A stretch of DNA of 51,788 bases, the filler included, from Dirinaria sp. TL-2023a (Eukaryota): the NCBI GenBank assembly GCA_051941275.1. It is 3 parts of 3 records of this genome, joined end to end, with 100 filler letters (N's around TTAATTAATTAA, not from the genome) between each part and the next. Parts side by side here need not be neighbours in the genome. Positions count along the whole stretch, not along the records: positions 34,602 to 51,788 come from JAVEBF010000446.1; 2 more parts are not named here. One strand, 5' to 3'. The translations under genes and the position numbers were made by a program. Under the pieces are notes generated by a model. The model made no database searches. It had not been told where the DNA came from and was given only the letters and a program-made list of their open reading frames with translations. Below, one piece after another: positions 47,964 to 51,788 of the stretch; position 1 is the stretch's first letter, and each line of letters opens with the position of its first letter.

Positions 47964-48863
47964 TTAAACCGAGTGCTGCTTCGGGGTGAGCAGATCATCC
48001 AGTTCCATGTCCTTCATAGCCTGCTCCCTCATTCTATCAGCCACTGGGTTTACGACGTGCGCCCCGTCCCCCTGAGTATCAACGTGCACCCTGAAAGGCC
48101 GCTTGCCAAACTCCATTCCCACAACCCCTACTATCGCTCTTGCCACATTCCCTGGGTCAGCATCTTTAGCTACCACTTTGACTAGCCCATCCGTCACCCT
48201 CGTACTGAGACCCTTGGACGCCCCTTGGTCATACTCTTCCGCCACGGCGCTGTCAGCAGGCTCGGCAGCATCGGCGAAGTGGTTGGTCCCTGAAACGTAT
48301 GGGCCGGGGACGATGATGGAGGTTTCGATGCCCCATGGCGCCAGCTCACCAGCATAGCATTCCGCAAGCGCGTCCATACCGGCCTTGGCAGCAAAATAAG
48401 GACCTAGGTACGGTGGAGTGCCGCCCCTGGTGCTGCTGGAGCCGACCCAGACGAGCAAGCCCTTGCGTGCATGGCGCATGTGCGGCAGCACTGCCCGGTT
48501 GACGCGGTGCGTTCCAATGCAATTGACATCGTACATCATCGCCAGCTGCTCCGGCTTGAACGCTTCCGAGGGCCCGAATGTCATTCTCCCGGCATTGTGA
48601 ACCATGACGTCGATACGGCCGGTTTCCTTGATGATGTGCGAGATGGCGCTCTGCACCGAGTCCGTTTGGAGAACGTTGAGCTCCACGGGGCGGATGTCCA
48701 CTTTGTTCTCTTGAGCGAAGTCGAGGGTGTCCCGGATCGAGGCAGATTCTTCGGCGGCGGAGCGCATGCCGGCGAAAACGGTGTGGCCAGCTTTGGCGAG
48801 GGCGCGTGCTGTCAGGGCTCCGATGCCGCTGGAGGCGCCGGTTATGACGATGATTTGAGACAT
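47964..48863 (-). CDS. Classical short-chain dehydrogenase/reductase
   Basis: Intronless 299 aa. TGASSGIG, HNAG, catalytic Ser (GSSS) and YFAAK motifs. Confidence 0.93.
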   Translation of the reverse strand: MSQIIVITGASSGIGALTARALAKAGHTVFAGMRSAAEESASIRDTLDFAQENKVDIRPVELNVLQTDSVQSAISHIIKETGRIDVMVHNAGRMTFGPSEAFKPEQLAMMYDVNCIGTHRVNRAVLPHMRHARKGLLVWVGSSSTRGGTPPYLGPYFAAKAGMDALAECYAGELAPWGIETSIIVPGPYVSGTNHFADAAEPADSAVAEEYDQGASKGLSTRVTDGLVKVVAKDADPGNVARAIVGVVGMEFGKRPFRVHVDTQGDGAHVVNPVADRMREQAMKDMELDDLLTPKQHSV

Positions 48864-49470
48864 GGTCGTAGCTCAATGCTCAAAAGGTGGTGTTGTGTTC
48901 GTCGAGAGTGAGACTAGTGCCATAAGAGACGCAGTACTCGTACACAGTGAGACTTTGTTATCACCGTAGGATTCTGCTACTTATGTGATAAGACGCGTAC
49001 GCAGCTTGCCGCGGATTGCCATGTGATTATTGATTCCATTCTCATTCATGGAGCTCTTGTACTTTCTGCCTTGTTTGCGCGCTGCTCCAGAGGTACCTGA
49101 AAAGTCATCTGGCCTGACGGCGATAGCAGAGGGACCGATGTAGCAAAGCTCGTCCTTATTTGGGCTATGGGTGCGAGCCTGGTTTGAATAGGATAGAGCA
49201 AATCTCTGATTGCCGTGTTTGAGACATCTATAGTGGAATTGGCACGAGATACTACTATCGATAACAATAATATCATGATTAGCGTGAGTGGCGCGTCTTC
49301 GTCTCGGTCTTTAGCGCCGGCGTTTGCTTCAGCCCGCTGCAACTCCAAGAGCTGCTTCTGTAGAGGGTCTATTGGATTCCTATCTCATAAAGTACTGCAA
49401 ATCAAGCTCAATACCGACCTCTCATTTAAAACACACGCATCATTTTCTACAGTTAGATTATCCATCGGTC

Positions 49471-50700
49471 ATGGCGCCGAGCTCGCCGCAGGATCAGCAA
49501 CCAGCCCTTCCGGCAGAATTGCTATTGCTCGCTGAGTCGCAATGGCTCTTTACTGACGAGGAGCTTACGCGGACCCCTTCCATTCTCGACGGCATGCCTC
49601 GGGAGAAGGAACGCGAAAGCAGAGCCAAAGGAGTCAACTTCATCCTCCAGGTCGGCATCATGCTCAAGCTCCCTCAGATTACCCTAGCGACTGCGTCAGT
49701 CTACCTCCACCGGTTCTACATGCGCCATTCAATGGTCGATGTCCCTCCAGATCGCAAAGGCCTCCACTATTACCCCATTGCAGCAACATGCTTGTTCTTG
49801 GCGACCAAAGTCGAAGAAAATTGCCGGAAGATGCGCGAATTGGTCATTGCCTGTGTTCGGGTGGCACAGAAAGATCCGACCAAGTTGATTGACGAACAGG
49901 ACAAAGAATACTGGAGATGGAGAGACAATATACTGCATAATGAGGATCTGCTGCTGGAAGCCATCTGCTTTGATGTGAGCTTGGAATCCCCCTACAAGAC
50001 CCTCTTCGAGCTTCTACTTCTTCTCCAGCAAGAGAACAATCGACCACTGAGGAATGCGGCATGGGCGTTTGTCAATGACAGCTGCTTGACCGTGCTTTGT
50101 CTACAATTCCACAATCGGACGATCGCTGCCAGCGCCCTTTACGCCGCAGCGAAGCATTGTGATGTCTCGTTCCCCGACGATGAATACGGAAGACCCTGGT
50201 GGGAAGTTGCCGGTGTGGAGTTGTCGGACATACGACGCGCGTGCAACTGTCTTGCAGATGTCTACGAGCCTGGTCAAGCATTACGAAGTCGACGCTCCTC
50301 CATCACCTACGAGCGGACGTCGGAGCGTGAAGAGTTCGAGAAAACCAGGGCGCCCGGCGCTGATCTCGACAGCCAGCAATCCCGACCGACCATATCGCCC
50401 TCTCAACCTACCGCGACCAGTACACCCAAACGTAAGCTGGAAGCGGACGATGAGATTGATGCTACGGCAGTGAATGGCGATTCTACGCACGAGCAGGAAA
50501 GTAACGGGGTGCTGGATCATTCGCAGAAGCATCCAATCAATGGTGCTGATGCCACTTCCGTGTCGCCGAACAAGAGGCCGAAGATTGATACCGGGGACAA
50601 TCAAGTCAACGAGACGAACGGTGTTCACGGAAACGAGGACAATGGTCTCGTGTCACCAAAGCTGGATGAAGGTAGCGAGGAGGGCGAGGTGGAATCATGA
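49471..50700 (+). CDS. Transcriptional cyclin (Pch1/cyclin T-K type, Cdk9/Bur1 partner)
   Basis: QWLFTDEELTRTPS, RAKGVNFILQVGIMLKLPQITLATASVYLHRFYMR, LFLATKVEEN, EDLLLEAICFD and AAWAFVNDS; acidic tail EEGEVES. Confidence 0.9.
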   Translation: MAPSSPQDQQPALPAELLLLAESQWLFTDEELTRTPSILDGMPREKERESRAKGVNFILQVGIMLKLPQITLATASVYLHRFYMRHSMVDVPPDRKGLHYYPIAATCLFLATKVEENCRKMRELVIACVRVAQKDPTKLIDEQDKEYWRWRDNILHNEDLLLEAICFDVSLESPYKTLFELLLLLQQENNRPLRNAAWAFVNDSCLTVLCLQFHNRTIAASALYAAAKHCDVSFPDDEYGRPWWEVAGVELSDIRRACNCLADVYEPGQALRSRRSSITYERTSEREEFEKTRAPGADLDSQQSRPTISPSQPTATSTPKRKLEADDEIDATAVNGDSTHEQESNGVLDHSQKHPINGADATSVSPNKRPKIDTGDNQVNETNGVHGNEDNGLVSPKLDEGSEEGEVES

Positions 50701-51120
50701 CATCGCTCTCGATCCGCAGGATACGAACTATTTCTAATACCCACAGGGAAATCGAGAAACCCCCATACAATACTCGCCTCACAAGGTGGAAGAATAGAGT
50801 AAGACGGGCCTTGCTCCATGACGCGCGGATGATGGCTGGTTCTCCAATGGAGATGCTTGTAGAGCTCAAATACGCTCATCTACCTATATTAAAACCTCGT
50901 GTTGGATAAGCTATGAATCAACGATGTTGATCTCAAGCATCTTGACCTCAGAATTCGAATGTACTTGATAGACAAGGAACAGTAAGTGCACTGCAGTCAA
51001 AAGAAGTCACGGTACGACCATTCTACATGATGGCTCGAGAACATCATGTGATACACACCCAAAAAAAAAAACCTGGATTAGGGCTGAAGGAAGTCTGAAA
51101 TAACCAAATGGATAAACCAT

Positions 51121-51150
51121 CTCTCTCTCTCGCTCTCTCTCGCTCTCTCT
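51121..51150. repeat. (CT)n microsatellite with CG interruptions
   Basis: ctctctctctcgctctctctcgctctctct. Confidence 0.85.
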
Positions 51151-51475
51151 GCGCGAAGAGAATAGCTTCTAAAGATGGGGAGGGATACGCAATACCATCC
51201 ACTACACAAATATATCAGATCCATTGAGGCTTAAAAGGGATTGCATCCTGAGATTCCACCTGATTCCACCATACCATCTCATAGAGCTAAACTTCAATAA
51301 AGCATCCAAGGCACGGAGACTCTCGATCCCGATTCCTCTCCATATCCATGCATGCACTTTGCTGTAGGCTATAATCTCGAGAAATAAAAAGGCAGCAAGG
51401 TAAGATAGACACGGCCGACACCGCCACGACCACCACCGCAAAACAAACAACACCACCACCAGCAATCCCCACCCC

Positions 51476-51788
51476 TCAATGCCCTCGTCTGGCAGCTTCG
51501 TCATCCAGGCGAGCGCGCATTTGCTGCATCGCCGTCATCACTACACAAGAAAAAAACCCATGCATTAGCCCCACACCCAAAAAAAGCCGCCAAAAACATA
51601 ACCAAAAAAAAGAACAAGGGGGGCAATTGGGAAAAATGCATACTCATATCCAACCCGAGCACATCCCACCCAGGGACCGCCCACCCTTCCGCCTCCGTAA
51701 AACTCCTCACCTGCACCTCGAAAACGGCCCAGAACTGCCTCTTCAGCTCGATCAGCGCCCACGGCAGCCGCTCGAACGCGCGCCGCTC
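51476..51788 (-). CDS. 3' end of an unidentified protein-coding gene running off the window
   Basis: ERRAFERLPWALIELKRQFWAVFEVQVRSFTEAEGWAVPGWDVLGLDM, intron 51643-51541 (GTATGC..GCTAAT..TAG), then MMTAMQQMRARLDDEAARRGH*. Strong G/C third-position bias. Confidence 0.6.

Noticed and set aside
49324..49470. N-terminal extensions in the ORF track for the cyclin (also 40378-40398 for RtcA and 6810-6821 for Btz)
   Set aside because: These start at TTG/GTG codons; the first in-frame ATG is the plausible eukaryotic start.

Overview
Gene-dense, intron-containing DNA from a filamentous ascomycete (Pezizomycotina; short GT-AG introns with CTRAY branch points). It consists of three contigs joined by two artificial 100-nt linkers (44 N + TTAATTAATTAA + 44 N at 17204-17303 and 34502-34601). 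Most of the window is conserved housekeeping genes: NBR1, a Btz/CASC3 protein, TOM70, ABZ2-like, WRS1, UPS1, a secreted DUF3455 protein, partial TFB5, PEP12-like SNARE, NDC1, a KHDC4-like KH protein, MTR4, VFA1, YVH1, RtcA, the complex I 9.5-kDa subunit, WBP1, kinesin-6, an SDR, a Pch1-type cyclin and one partial unidentified gene. Several are absent or fragmented in the ORF track and were rebuilt by splicing by eye. Most notable: (1) a decayed accessory island at 34.6-40.1 kb (MFS transporter, SAM methyltransferase and carboxylesterase pseudogenes) whose lesions point to C-to-T hypermutation in a CpC context (every Trp-derived stop seen is TGA, none TAG), unlike classical CpA RIP; (2) a probable GA-AG intron in NDC1 and a GC-AG intron in the KH gene; (3) a recurrent (GGTAA)n/TACCTTA motif in most intergenic spacers; (4) a possible in-frame retained intron in kinesin-6; (5) an intronless, bacterial-looking SDR. 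No rRNA, tRNA, CRISPR or intact transposon was recognised. All family calls come from remembered motifs, not database searches.
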